Below, in pieces: positions 28,603 to 41,000 of a stretch of 64,000 nucleotides of DNA; position 1 is the first letter of the stretch, and every line of letters starts with the position of its first letter. Where the stretch lies: NCBI RefSeq assembly GCF_009914755.1, contig NC_060932.1; one strand, written 5' to 3'. The notes below the pieces were generated by a model. That model was given only the letters and a program-made list of their open reading frames with translations, was not told the origin of the DNA and made no database searches. The DNA is from the human T2T-CHM13v2.0 reference genome, Homo sapiens. Both the position numbers and the translations under genes were made by a program.

Positions 28603-28933
28603 CAGGACCACAGCCCCTAAATTGCAACTCTAAATTCAAAAAGTTCTGAAAACTTAAAGTTGTGTAGTTGTGTCATGACACATTGGCAGCAAAACCTAGA
28701 GGCATCATCTAATCTGAACTGACAAAAGCCTCTTTAGAGTTCATTGATCCTACTCAATGTATGTTCATATGTTTTATTGCAGAAATATTACCGTTCCATT
28801 ATGTGGTACTACCTCAAATCTCACATTAAATGTGGTTTATGTAATATTCTGTAAAACTTTTCAAAAGTTAAAAAAAATGTTTATTTCAAAACGCAATTGT
28901 CTGTAGGGTGTCAGATAAGAGATGATGGACCTG
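28603..28933. mobile_element. Non-autonomous DNA transposon (MER96B/MER46-like)
   Basis: Degenerate TIRs CAGGACCACAGCCCCT... / ...GATAAGAGATGATGGACCTG followed by TA. Confidence 0.55.
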
Positions 28934-28964
28934 TACTTGTAGTAAGCTAAACTCACTGTGACTT

Positions 28965-29808
28965 ATTTTGAAACAGAGGAATAATTTGCCTACAATAAAA
29001 CCACTGATATTAAATGTACACATTTGATAAGTTTTAAGAAATGGATGCATTTGTGGACCACTGCTACAATGACAGTGCAGAAAAACTGCATCTTTTTACA
29101 AAGTTTTCCTGAACCCCTTTGCAGTCAATCCTCCCCCAGTCTTCAATCCCCAGAAACCACTGACCTGATTTTTGTCACTCTAGTTTTGTCTTTTCCAAAA
29201 TGTTCTATAAATGTAATCATTCAATATATGAATTTTTATGTCTGATTTCTTTTCCTTAGAATAATGTGTTTGAAATTCATCCATACTGTCATATCCATTG
29301 GTAGTTTGCTCCTTTTTGTTACTAAGTGTTATTAGACTATCAGTATAACACAATGTTGTTTATTCATTCACTGGTTGAAGAGCATGTAAGCTCTTTCCTG
29401 TTTCAATTATTATGAATAAAGCAGCTATAAAAATCCAAGTACAAACACTTGTATGGACATATGTTTCCATTTCTTTTGAGTAAATATCTAGGAATGTGAC
29501 TGCTAGATTGTATGGTAAATGCATGTTAAATTGACCAGAAACTGCCAAGTTGATTTCAGAAGTGACTGTGCCATCTTTCATTCCCACTAAGAATGTATGA
29601 GAGTTTTGGTTGCTCCAAATCCTTGTCAACACTTGGCACTACCAGTTTTGTCAAGTTCAGGCATCCTAGTGGATGTATAATGACAAGTCATTTAATATTA
29701 GGAAAAGTCTTTTAAAACCCTTACCTTTTAAAAATTGGGTTGTTTGTCCACGTATTACTGAGTTATATAAGTTCTTAATATATTCTGAATGTAAGTTCTT
29801 TTTCAGAG
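28965..29808 (-). mobile_element. Old L1M (MB/MC-like) 3' end
   Basis: 'tattatgaataaagcagctataaaaatc', 'gagagttttggttgctccaaatccttgtcaacacttgg'. Confidence 0.85.
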
Positions 29809-29817
29809 TCTAGGGGG

Positions 29818-30700
29818 AGAAAGCTACTAGGGCTAATAAATTAGTTAAGAGAGACTATAGAATATAAGGTCAGTATACAAAAATAATTACATTTCTATAT
29901 ACTATGACAATTAGATATTGAAAAATACATCATTTATAATAACATCAACAATATGAAACAGGAATAAATTCCACAGAATATATACAAGACTTGTGCACTA
30001 AAAATTACAAAACAATGCTGAAAGAAACTGAAGAAGACCAAGATAAATACAGACATGCCGTGTTCATTGTATGGGGGCCTCTATAATTAAGATGTCATTT
30101 TGCCCACAATGATCTACTGAGTCAATGAAATGTCAATAAAAATCTTAGGCTTTCTTGTTGAAAATAAAAAAAGTTTATTTTAAAAGTTTTTATGAAAATG
30201 CAAAGGACCAAAACACTTTGGAAAAGAATAAAGTTGGAAGAATTATACCATTTGATTTTAAGACTTACTCTAAAGCTACAATAAAGAAAACCACATGCTA
30301 TTGATGTAAGGATTTATAGACCAATCAAACTGAAGTCCAGAAATAAACCCAAATATACATGGTCAATTGATTTTCAATAAAGATGCCAAGGTAATTCAGT
30401 GGGAACATGATAGTTTTTCAATGTATTCTGCTAGAACTATTGGATATCCATTTGCAAAGTAAACCCTTACTTCATACTGCATACAAAAATTAGCAGAGCA
30501 CAGATCTGCATTTAAGCAAAAACCATAAAACTAATAGAAGAAAACACAGGACCTGTGTTAAACAAAGCTTCCTTAGGAAAGAAAATGAAATTTATTAAAT
30601 TGGATTGTAGAAAAATTAAGAACTTGCTTTTCAGAAGACACTGTTAATTAGATGAAAATTCATTCTACAGACTGGGAGAAAACATCTGACAAATGTCTTG
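29818..30700 (+). mobile_element. Old L1M ORF2 fragment, opposite orientation to its neighbour
   Basis: 'gtccagaaataaacccaaatatacatggtcaattgattttcaataaagatgccaagg', 'acagactgggagaaaa'. Confidence 0.85.
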
Positions 30701-30719
30701 CAATGCTCATGTTTGCAAT

Positions 30720-31444
30720 ATTTCTCTGCCTGGTTTCTGTTATTTCCTTTACCTGGTGTGCCCTTTTCCCTGGTCTTGGCATGAAGAGCTCTTATTTCTC
30801 TTGGAGAATGGATAAACTTGGATATTAGATCATTTTGTTCAGGAAGGCTTCCCAGACCCTCCAGCTCTTCATGTTCTAGGCTGCTCTTGGCATCCATCAG
30901 ACTGTACTTTTCTGATCAATTTGCGTGTGTTTTCTATAATAAACAGTTAGTTCATTGAGGGAAAAGAGAGTGTTGTTCATGCTTTCCTGGGTTCTTGGAC
31001 TGAAGAGCACTCACCTTTTCCATATCCCTATCCCCCACTCTGTCCTCTCTCAAGTAAAACAATTTTTAATACTGCCTCCCCTTCCAGATAAAGCTCTATA
31101 TCCTTCCATCTTATTGCTGCTAAACTTCCTGAATTCATTCCTATCTGTTCTTCTTCACTGCACCCATTTTTTCTTCAACCCACAGCAGTTTGCAGTTTGG
31201 TTTTCTGCTCCTGAACTACTTTCTATTGAAACTGTTCTAAGACTTCCATTGAATTTCTAACTGTCAATTTCACTGAGCACTCTTTATTCCTCACCTTACT
31301 TGACTTCCTTGGAGCTTTATTAATTAGCTCCCTATTACATTGTGAAGGCTTTGAGCTAAGGGGTCCTGCTTTATTTGTCTTGGTGGATAAAGAGCTGGAG
31401 CACATCCATACAAAGAGAACAAACAGGTAGAGAAAGCTGCATGA

Positions 31445-31482
<38 letters not shown>

Positions 31483-32570
31483 AGAGAAATGAGAGAACTC
31501 CAGGGAGCAGGGAGTCATAGGGTACCTTCCAGGAGGGAATGGCAGACATTCATCTGTTCCCTCACTCAGTTAGCCATCCATTCGACAAACACTACTTGAG
31601 TGTTCACTTTATGCCAGACACAGTGTTAGACTCCAAGTCCACAAATGCTTTTCTATACCCTCTCCTGTATGACCATTTGCTTCCGTAAATCCAACTCCAA
31701 CTCATTTGCCAATCCCTTCCAACTTTATGTCTCTTTCCTATTTTCTGATTCCCAGGTACATATTTCCAACTGTCTACCAGGTATATCTGGCTGTATCTCT
31801 GGAGACACTCAAACTCAGCATAGACACATGCATTTTTTCTATAAATTTATGAGTTTTTTTCTATAAGTTTATGAGGTACAAGTGCAATTGTGTTACGTGC
31901 ATAGATTACATGCTGGTCAAGGACTTTAGAGTATCCACCACCTTAATAATGTACATTGTACCCGTTAGGCAATTTCTCATTTATTCCCTGGCACATACAA
32001 TTCTGATAAATATAATACATGTATTAAGCATTTCCTCCTGGAATACATATCTCATTTAATAGTAATACTCAATACCCTGCCATGATAATTAACCATGGTT
32101 CCCATTTCTTGACTCTCAGCTGGACTATTGCTGGAGTCTTCCATTGGGTCTCCTTGAATATAATTCAGAATCTACAAACCCCCTATGACTGTCTAACTAA
32201 AAGACAATTTGAGCACACCATTGCCCTGCTTAAACACCTCCAACAACTTTCTGATACTCAAGCACCCCAAACCATTTGTTGTCCTGCAAATAGCCACATT
32301 TATTTGGCTTCATTCCAAGCATCTGCTCTTACTGCCTCCTCTGTGTATGAAAAAAGTCCTCAATACCCTATATTCCCATAATGACTTTTATCACCTTCAA
32401 GACTCAATCAAATACAACTTTGGTAAAGTCTTGCTAACTCCCCTCCCCCAGTATGTACTGTGTATTCTTTCATCATGGTGTTGTAAAGATTTGCTTATAA
32501 GCTCTTCTTCCATTCTAGATTATCTAAATCATCATTATACTCCTAACATCTGGAATAGAAACGAGTACAA
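30720..32570. mobile_element. Cluster of L2 fragments with an L1MA-type 3' fragment (31833-31985, minus)
   Basis: L2-like 'catatttccaactgtctaccagg', 'ccattcgacaaacactacttgagtg'; L1MA-like 'ataatgtacattgtacccgttaggcaatttctcat'. Confidence 0.55.
31446..31481. repeat. A36 homopolymer
   Basis: Read directly. Confidence 0.9.
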
Positions 32571-33388
32571 AAACTAGTTTTGAAAAGGCAGCTATTCTCT
32601 GATTTTGATGTGACCAGTTTCTATTAGGTGTTATTTGGGAATAGTGTCATATATTTTATGGTGAATACAGTACTTTAAAAAAGATTTAGCCACTTCCTTA
32701 GTAGTGGTTTATCTCTCCCTCAGAGAAAACCAGAATGAGTTTTTAATAAAATGATTGAAAAGGTACACCAAATCTCCAATTTAATTATTTCAATTCCAGC
32801 AAAAAGGTCTTTCAGAGAAGCTGCCGCTTGGTAAAATGTGATAAAGTTTCAACACATTCTTAAAAATTGTAAATTAATTTATAAACTTCCATTCAAAGTT
32901 TAATCTGCTATTTTCACATATGAAAACTCATAAGATTGCTTCCTATTGACTTAGTATTTTGCATCTAGAGTTTAAACTAGAATTTAATCTCTTTCTAGAA
33001 GCTTCCAGAGGCACTTGGTGCTTATCAGTGAATGTTGCCCATTTTTACTGCTTTCAGAGTTAGGTAAGGACTCCACACCCAGTGTTCCAGATCCCAACTT
33101 AGATCTCTAGGCTTATTTCTCTCAAGTTTGTGTTTCTATTAAAGCAGATCACTTCGTATTATTTTAACACTCCCTGAATTTTTATGGCTTCTATGTGTTT
33201 GTTCAGGGGCAGTGCTCTGCCTGCCTGCCACTTCCTCCTGTCATCCTCTAGCCTCTCTTCCCATCTTAACTGCCATTGCCTTTCTGAAATCTCTCTGGCT
33301 CCAACCTGAGTTCTCACCTTTCTTATTCACTGGAGTGCTTGCTGGTGATCCTTTGATGGAATTTCTCATATTTCACCCTGCCCTACAG

Positions 33389-33485
33389 TTATATATATAT
33401 ATATGAAAAAATATAATATATGCATTATATATAACATATATATTATTAGCGTATATATAATGTGTGTGTGTATATATATATATAT
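33389..33485. repeat. (TA)n/(TG)n low-complexity tract
   Basis: Read directly. Confidence 0.85.
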
Positions 33486-33792
33486 TTTCCCTTTCTTTCT
33501 TTTATTTTAGAGGCAGGATCTTACTCTGTCACCCAGGCTGGAGTACAGTGGCTAGGTCATAGCTCACTGCAATTTGGCCTTTTGGGCCCAAGCCATCCTC
33601 CCACCTCGGCCTTTCGAGAAGCTGAGACCACAGGTGTGCACCACCATGCCCAGCTATTTTTTTTTTCATATTTTGTAGAGATGGGGGTTCTCCTTATGTT
33701 GCCCAAGCTGGTCGCGAACTCCTAGGTTCAAGGGATCCCACCTTGGCCTCCCAAAGTGCTGGAATTACAGGCATGAGTCACTGCACCCGGCC
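33486..33792 (-). mobile_element. AluJ
   Basis: Diverged dimeric Alu with J-type 'atagctcactgca', 'tatgttgcccaagctgg'. Confidence 0.88.
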
Positions 33793-35801
33793 TCCTTTTT
33801 CAACTAGACAACAAGTTTTAGGGGAAGTATTACTGTGTCCAGTTCATCTCTGAGGCTCCCACAATGCCCAGAACAACTTGAAAATAACAAGTACTCAATA
33901 ATTATTTGTTTAGTTGAGTTTAGTTAAAATAAATTCAAACAGCTTTCTCGTCACTACATGTTAACAAAATAATCATAACAAAGACATACATAATCACAAT
34001 AAGCAGTCGAGCCAGGATTTGAATACAGACAGTTTGCTATGCTTTAAACTCTTGGATTTGGTTGCCTTGACAGCAGTTAGAATATGTGTTGCAAACTTGT
34101 TGGTCCAGCTATGGAGCTTCGCTCTAATTGCAAAAACATAAAAAGTGTCCTGAAGAGACCTAACATTTTCTCCCTGACAGTGTGTGAGAGAAAAAAAAAA
34201 GTTTTTATTGAGACATTAGTTTCAAGGAGTAGGAACACATATAAGAGCATTCCTTTCATGAATTTATGATAACCTTATCATCTATTTTCTAGTTTAATTC
34301 TTTCAGGATGTATAGATACAAACTTATAAATATGTAGACATAGTCAAACTCACTATTTGCTATCAGAGTGAGTGTTCCCAATTTGAAGACCTAGACAATT
34401 GCTCTGAAATCTACCCAACCTGGGCATAAATACAAGTTGTGCTTTTGGTCAGGCTTTGGGGAGGGAATCTGCCTTTCTAATCCTCAATTTCCTGATCTAT
34501 AAGATAAGGATGCTATTAGGAGTGCAATGCATAACTTACGATAGGAAGATCCACAAGAGGCTCAAAGGTGGCAAGAATGTACTGTATTAAAAGCCAAAGA
34601 TGTAGGATTTGAAATAAGCTTGGTTTGGTGATCAGATCCTTATTCTGGGCCTTTGGGCTTCAACAAGCAGGAGGAAGTAAGGTCATAGCAAAACATTGTT
34701 CAGTGTTGGGACTTGAAATCCATTAAGGGAGTGTGAAAATAATGTTAACTTCATTGGTCCCCACGTAAAGTAACCACTTGTTCTAACTGGAAGCATTATG
34801 TTTATTCATTTATAGAATATGAGAAAGAACTGAGTGAACCAATGATGTAGCAAAGAATTTTCCATTTGCATTTTGGGATATATCTGAACCTATTTTTAAG
34901 TAGTGTCTGGGGTTTTTCTGGAGGAAAGAAAGTAGAAAATCTCTTTTACATTGTCCTTTAATAGCAGGATCAAAATTTTCCTGAATTATCTGTGATTTTT
35001 CCTTATGTGCAGATGAGTTTACTGTTTTTACCATTTGGTATTTCCAGTCAACGTGCCGATCTCCACCATCATCTTGATCAAGAACCCCCTTCCAGCTCCA
35101 CATCTCTCTGTTAAGAACACCTTAAGTAGGTCTTTTACTTTACAAACCAGTGTACAGTTTCTTTTCTAAAATATTTTGAGAATTTGAGGTTCTGGAAAGA
35201 TCCAGAGACTACAAATGAGAAACAATAATGCTCATTGCCAAGTGATCAGACACAAAGAATTGCACAGAAATTGAAAAATACCAACCAGCTTTGTGATGCT
35301 TCATGGGCTGCTCCAAGGCCAATGCACTGGCTCCCTGGCTGGCTGGAAGAATGTGGGCCTCCTGCTCCAGGAGGAGAATGATCTCAGACCCCATTCCACC
35401 AAACTTTCAGCAGGATAGTTTGCCCTTATTTTGATTTATGGGTATTTTCCAATAAAGGTAGGTCTAAGATTTCATTTATCAGTATAATTAAATAAACTTG
35501 GAAGAATATATTCAGAAAAATATTTTTCTCCCTTTTTTAGATGGCTCTGTCTAGCTTTGCTCTGCTTATCTTGAAACTACCTCAATACAACCAACAATTT
35601 CTGCCAGGGAAGTAGAAAAACCATGCACATAGTGTTGGCTAGTTGTGTGTGCTTTCTGGGTGGGAGAGAACAGTGTAGGATTAAAAGTCAGGCTCTGAGT
35701 TCTAACTTGGGTCTAAAAACAGGTTTTGCTACTGACCAGGCTTTGGGGAGTGAATCCATCTGGGTGATTCTTAATTTCCTCATTATAAGACAAGGATAGC
35801 A

Positions 35802-36106
35802 GGCTGGCATGGTGGCTCATGCCTGTAATCTCAGCACTTTGAGAGGCCAAGGCAGAAGGATTGCTTGATCCCAGGAGATCAAGGCTAGCCTCAACATGAT
35901 AGCAAGACTCTGTCTCTACCAAAAAAATAAAAATAAAACTAGCTGGGCATGGTGGCATGTGCTTGTAATCCCAGCTACTCAGGAGGCCAAGGCAGGAGGA
36001 TCACTTGAGCCCAGAAGTTTCAGGTTGCCGTGAGCTATGAGTGCACCACTGCACTCCAGCTTGGGCAATACAGTGATACCTTGTCTTCAAAAAAAAAAAA
36101 AAAAAA
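35802..36106 (+). mobile_element. AluJ
   Basis: 'ggatcacttgagcccagaag', A-tail, degenerate TSD aagacaaggatagc / aagatatggatgc. Confidence 0.88.
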
Positions 36107-36241
36107 GATATGGATGCTAAGGATCCTATTAAGAGTGCAATGCATACCTTATGGTAGGGAGACCCACAAAGGCAAATAATTCTAATATTTATTGAGCACT
36201 AATAGTAGGCACTGGTTTAAGCTCCTTAAATGTATTATCCC

Positions 36242-36532
36242 GGCCGGGCACAGTGGCTCACGCCTGTAATCCCAGCACTTTGGGAGGCTGAGGCAGATGG
36301 ATCATGAGGTCAGGAGTTTGAGACCAGCCTGACCAACATGGTAAAACCTGTCTCTACTAAAAATACAAAGATTAGCTGGGCGTGGTGATGCGTGCCTGTA
36401 ATCCCAGCTACTCAGGTGGCTGAGGCAGGAGAATCGTTTGAACCTGGGAGGCAGAGGTTGCAGTGAGCGGAGATCACGCCATTTCACTCCAGCCTGGGCA
36501 ACAGGGCGAGACTCTGTCTCAAAAAAAAAAAA
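36242..36532 (+). mobile_element. AluS (Sg-like) inserted into a MIR (~36175-36690)
   Basis: 'gatcatgaggtcaggagtttgagaccagcc'; TSD GTATTATCCC on both sides. Confidence 0.9.
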
Positions 36533-37295
36533 GTATTATCCCATTACTCCATGAGGTGGACTCTATTATTAATCTCAGTTCCTTGGAGAACTTGGGGCAC
36601 AGAAGTGGTTTAGTCCCACAGCAGGTAAGTGCTGGCAGTAATTCTAGCCCTGGCTGCTTCTGCAGGTGCCTGCTTCTCCACTATGCAAAGCTGCTTTTTC
36701 ACAAGCACGGCTGAAGTGACTCAGGGTGATTTCAGAGCACACAGCAACATGTGCATGTAGTATGCTGAGTGCTTCTGAGTGATGTGACAAGGCCCAAGAA
36801 GTCTAGCAGGATTGGTGACGGCTGAGGTTCATCACCTACCTGGGATTAGGGTGTTTGCATTTGGGAGTAAGTGTGATCAAGAGGCCAGCCAGAATTGGGC
36901 TCCTGCCACCGTGCTGAGACTGCTCTGCTCTGAGCTTTTCTTGAAAGCCTAAGGGTAGATCAACTTTCCCTTTCCTCTTTGTCTGATATTTTTGCGCCTC
37001 ATCCCCCCACCATACTATCCATAAACATCAGCAGTCAAATAAATAAAAGAATACTTCTGAGGCTGCCATTTAAGATCCTGTGGGGCTGGGAGGCCTAATA
37101 AACATGTCTAGAATACTAGACATTTTTTTTGGCCGACTTCATGTTTTAAGATGCTCCATAACCTCTCCTTTTTTTGTGAAGACTTTCTTCACCTCTTTGC
37201 CCCAGATGTAGTGTTTGTTCTTCTTTTATGATGTCTTCCATATGCATCCTTCTCAACCAACCAGGAGTATATAATCTTCTTGAGAACAGGGATTC

Positions 37296-37595
37296 TTTTA
37301 TTTTTCTTTTTTTTGAAACAGGGTCTCACTGTTATCCAGGATGTAGCACAGTGCCTTGCCTTAATCATAGCTCACTACAGACTTGAACTCCTGAGCTAAA
37401 GTGATCCTCCCACCTCAACCACCCAAGTAGCTGGAACTACAGATGTCCACCATGCCCGGCTAATTTTTTTATGTTTTATAGAGATGGGGTCTCACTATGT
37501 TGCCCAGGCTGGTCTTGAACTTCTGGGCTTAAGGATCTTCCTGCCTCACCCTCCTAAAGTGTTGGGATTGCAGGCATGAGCCATCACCACTGGCC
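37296..37595 (-). mobile_element. AluJ
   Basis: 'tcatagctcactacag', 'ctcactatgttgcccaggctggtcttgaac'. Confidence 0.88.
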
Positions 37596-37649
37596 TCAGA
37601 GAATAAGCATTTTGACTTTTGGATCACGGTATGACCTACAGCACACAGC

Positions 37650-38000
37650 TTATCATCTAAAAAGTAGAAGCTCATTATGAAATAGAAAAATGTGAAACAT
37701 CTATAAATCAAACCATTCCATAAACGAAGTCAAGTCAAAATACAAATGACAGATTGGGAGAAAACCTTTGCAACTTATATAACAGTGTATTGTGATTCAT
37801 AATATATAAATAATTTCTTTAAATTAAAAAAATTATTTAAAAAATGGATAAATGACAGTTATTTTACCAAAGGTGAAATGCAAATAAATGGTCAGTAATG
37901 TGGAAAAATTCTAATACTCATTAGAAATTGAGAAAGTGTAAGTGAAATCACTGCCCTCCAAATTTTAAACATATAGGCAAAAACTTAAAAAAGATTTACT
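37650..38000 (+). mobile_element. L1ME-like fragment
   Basis: 'caaatgacagattgggagaaaacctttgcaac'. Confidence 0.6.
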
Positions 38001-38135
38001 TCTAGAAAAGAAAAAAAGAAAAGAAAAAAAAAGAAAAGAAATGAGGAGGGAGGAAAAACATTTATGTACAATGGGTAGTTATGAAAGGGTGTGAAAGAGT
38101 TTGAAATCACATATTTTATGTGTAATTATGTGTAG

Positions 38136-38518
38136 TGTATTAGTCTACTAGGGCTGCCATAACAAAGTACCATTGACTTAGTGACTTTAACAACATAAAT
38201 GTATTTTCTCACAGCTCTGGAGACCAAAAGTCGGATATCAAGGTGTCTGCAGGGCTGGTTTCCTCTGAGGCCTCTCTCCTTGGCTGGTAGATGGCTTTCT
38301 TCTCTCTGTGTCTTCACATGGTCTTCCCTTTATGCCTGTGTCCTAATCTGTTCTTAGAAAGACACCAGTTATATTGGATTAGGGCCCACACCAACAAACA
38401 CATTTTAATTTCTGTATCCCTTTAAAGATCTTGTTTACAGATATGGTTATATTTTGAGGTAGTGGGGGTTAGAACTTCAACATACAAAGTTTGGGAAGAC
38501 ATAATTCAGCTCATAACA
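38136..38518 (-). mobile_element. MLT1A0-like solo LTR
   Basis: 'tgtattagtctactagggctgccataacaaagtacc...aattcagctcataaca'; TSD TGTAG/TATAG. Confidence 0.88.
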
Positions 38519-38944
38519 TATAGGGGTATACATAGGTAAACACATACTTACTAAACAGGTAGGTGCATGTTACAGAAACAAACCAAGTAGGATAAACTCC
38601 AAATTATTAGCAATGTTTACCTCTAGGGTTGGGATGGAATGGATAGAGAATATTTGATTCATTTTCCAATTGTAAAAGGTCTGGAACGATGGTCTTCCAT
38701 ATTTCCCTATTCACAATATAGACGAGGTGCAGGGTCCGGGGATGAAATGCATATGGGGTAAGGTTTATTTCCTTCTCTTTCTACACAGTCAGTATAAGAA
38801 CACAGCTGTGTTAAACACCAGGAGGCTGTTCTGGTATTATTATTTGTTCCTTGTTCCTTTTTGAGCTTTTCAGGATTTTCAAATGATAATAACAATAATA
38901 AAGATAATAGAAATATCGTGTACAGAAACAATATCATCATCAGA

Positions 38945-39365
38945 GGCACACACTGCCCAGACGCTAGCCAATACTACTCCTACTCTTGGGCAAACAGGAA
39001 AGCTACATTTCCCAGCCTTCCTTGTAGTTAGTTAGATTGGATGATTTGACTGAATTTTGACCAAAGTAACATAGGTGGAAGAAAATAAGCCACTTCAAGT
39101 CTTGGCCTTAAAACATCTCTTGTTATCTTCCTTAGTTTGCTCCCTATCTTCTTGATAGCTTATTGAATCAGAGTATCTAGTGAGGGAACTCTGAGCCCAT
39201 TCTCTGAGGTGACAGAGGCGTGTGGTAGAGGAAGAAGCTGGAGTTCCTGAGTCACCACATGGAGTAGATCCAAGATAGCCTGATTTATATCTGACTTTGT
39301 GTTAAGTCACTGTGTTTTATGGTTATCTGTTCCAGCAACTAACATTAATTACTATGACAAATATA
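38945..39365 (+). mobile_element. Old MLT1 (I/J-like) LTR
   Basis: 'ctacatttcccagccttccttgtagttag', 'cctgagtcaccacatggag', 'gttaagtcactg'. Confidence 0.65.
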
Positions 39366-39799
39366 TAACCAATACTAGCTCTTTTCTATAAGGTAAATAT
39401 CATCCATTAAAATGAAATATGTACACACGCTTCCAACTAGAAATTACTCTTCTAGGAAACAAAGCTTTACAATTAAAACCATGAGTATACAAACATGTGC
39501 TTGTAATGATATGCTTGCAATAGGAAAAAAAGTGAACTATATTTTCATCCATAGGTAAATGGTTCAAAAAATTATGGCATCATGATTTATTAAACCCTAT
39601 GCAGCCATCAAAAAGAAAAATCTAGCTGTATGTACTAACTGGAAAGATACTGATCACATCAAGTTATTTTCACAACAAACCTGGAGGTAAATATCTATAG
39701 CATCATTTGTTTTTATAAAAGGTAGATGTATAAATGTGAATAAACTTAAGAAAAATTAGGGAGAATAATGTACACAACTTTATTTTAAATAATAACATT

Positions 39800-40150
39800 A
39801 GGTAGATGGATTTCAAAAATAGCTCCAATTCTTCACCTCTTTTTATTTATGTTCCTTGCAATACAACTTTGCAATTTCTTCTAGCAAGAAGTAGAGTCTG
39901 TTCTCCTAGTTCTTAAGTCTAGATTCATATTGGCATTTGCTTTTGACAATAGAAAATGATGGAAACTATGCTAGTTTTAAGCCTAGAACTCAAGATGCCT
40001 AGGCTCTTGAGTTCTAGGCTTAAAACTAAGCTAACTAAATTATGCCACCACTATGAGAGCAAGCATATGCTAGCATAATGGAAGAGACCAGCCAAGTTCA
40101 GCAAAGTTGTCTATGGATACACGAGCAACCCCAGCTGAGATCAGAAGGGC
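39800..40150 (+). mobile_element. Old MLT1 (G/H-like) LTR fragment containing a palindrome
   Basis: 'aaaaatagctccaattctt', 'caagaagtagagtctgttctcc', 'ttgcttttgacaatagaa'. Confidence 0.6.
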
Positions 40151-40514
40151 TGCCATCCTGCAAACCATTCCTACCTTCCATCCTTCTCTGTCTTCTTCCC
40201 TCCTTCCTTCCCTCCTTCCTTTTTGGCTTTTTCCTCCCACTCTTTCAGTAAATCTAAGACTTAGCGGTGTAGGGTACTCTAATAGACCATCACATCTACC
40301 ATATTAGGCCTGTAGTGATTGAGATTAAGAAAGACACTTCTTAGCTCTGGCAACCTACATAGTAAATGGAGCCTTCATACAGCCAGTGCACTGGGAGGGT
40401 AGTGCAAAAATTATCATTACAGAACAAAATTATTCCCTTAATAAAACTGTTTCTTAATATATAGTCTGCTTTTTTCCTGCATTAAATGTTACCTACTTCT
40501 ATTTTTTAAGTGGA

Positions 40515-41000
40515 AATATATGTATGTATGTATGTATGTGTGTATACAAACCCCCTCACAACACCCCTATATTTTATATTGTATTTTATATATACATATA
40601 TAGTACATATATAATGTTCATACATAAAATATGTTATGTATTATATTCTTATATAATATATAGTATATATTATATATGTCTATATACACTTACATTTTGA
40701 TATATTATATATTTATGTTTTACATTATGTTACGTATACTTATATTTTCTTATTTTTTATATACTTCTATATTATACAAACTTATATTTTTACATATGTT
40801 TACATTATACATAAAATCATGTAATGTAAATGTATGTATATTATTAGGGTGGTAAAAATGTAATTGTGGTTTCTGCCATTAGTTTTAATGTCAAAAAAAC
40901 TGCAATTACTTTTACATCAACTGAATACATCTACGAATTTATATATACTACATATTAAAATATAAATATATACTATATAACATAAATATATATATTCTTT
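40515..41000. repeat. AT-rich low-complexity region
   Basis: Read directly. Confidence 0.85.
40844..40925. mobile_element. MADE1 (Hsmar1-derived MITE)
   Basis: ~80-bp imperfect palindrome 'ttagggtggtaaaaatgtaattgtggttt...aaactgcaattacttttacatcaactgaa' flanked by TA. Confidence 0.85.

Noticed and set aside
36242-37595. Inverted Alu pair as dsRNA/editing substrate
   Set aside because: Divergent subfamilies (S vs J) and no evidence this upstream region is transcribed
40844-40925. Novel hairpin RNA gene (mir-548-like)
   Set aside because: Explained by MADE1; arms are degenerate and there is no expression evidence
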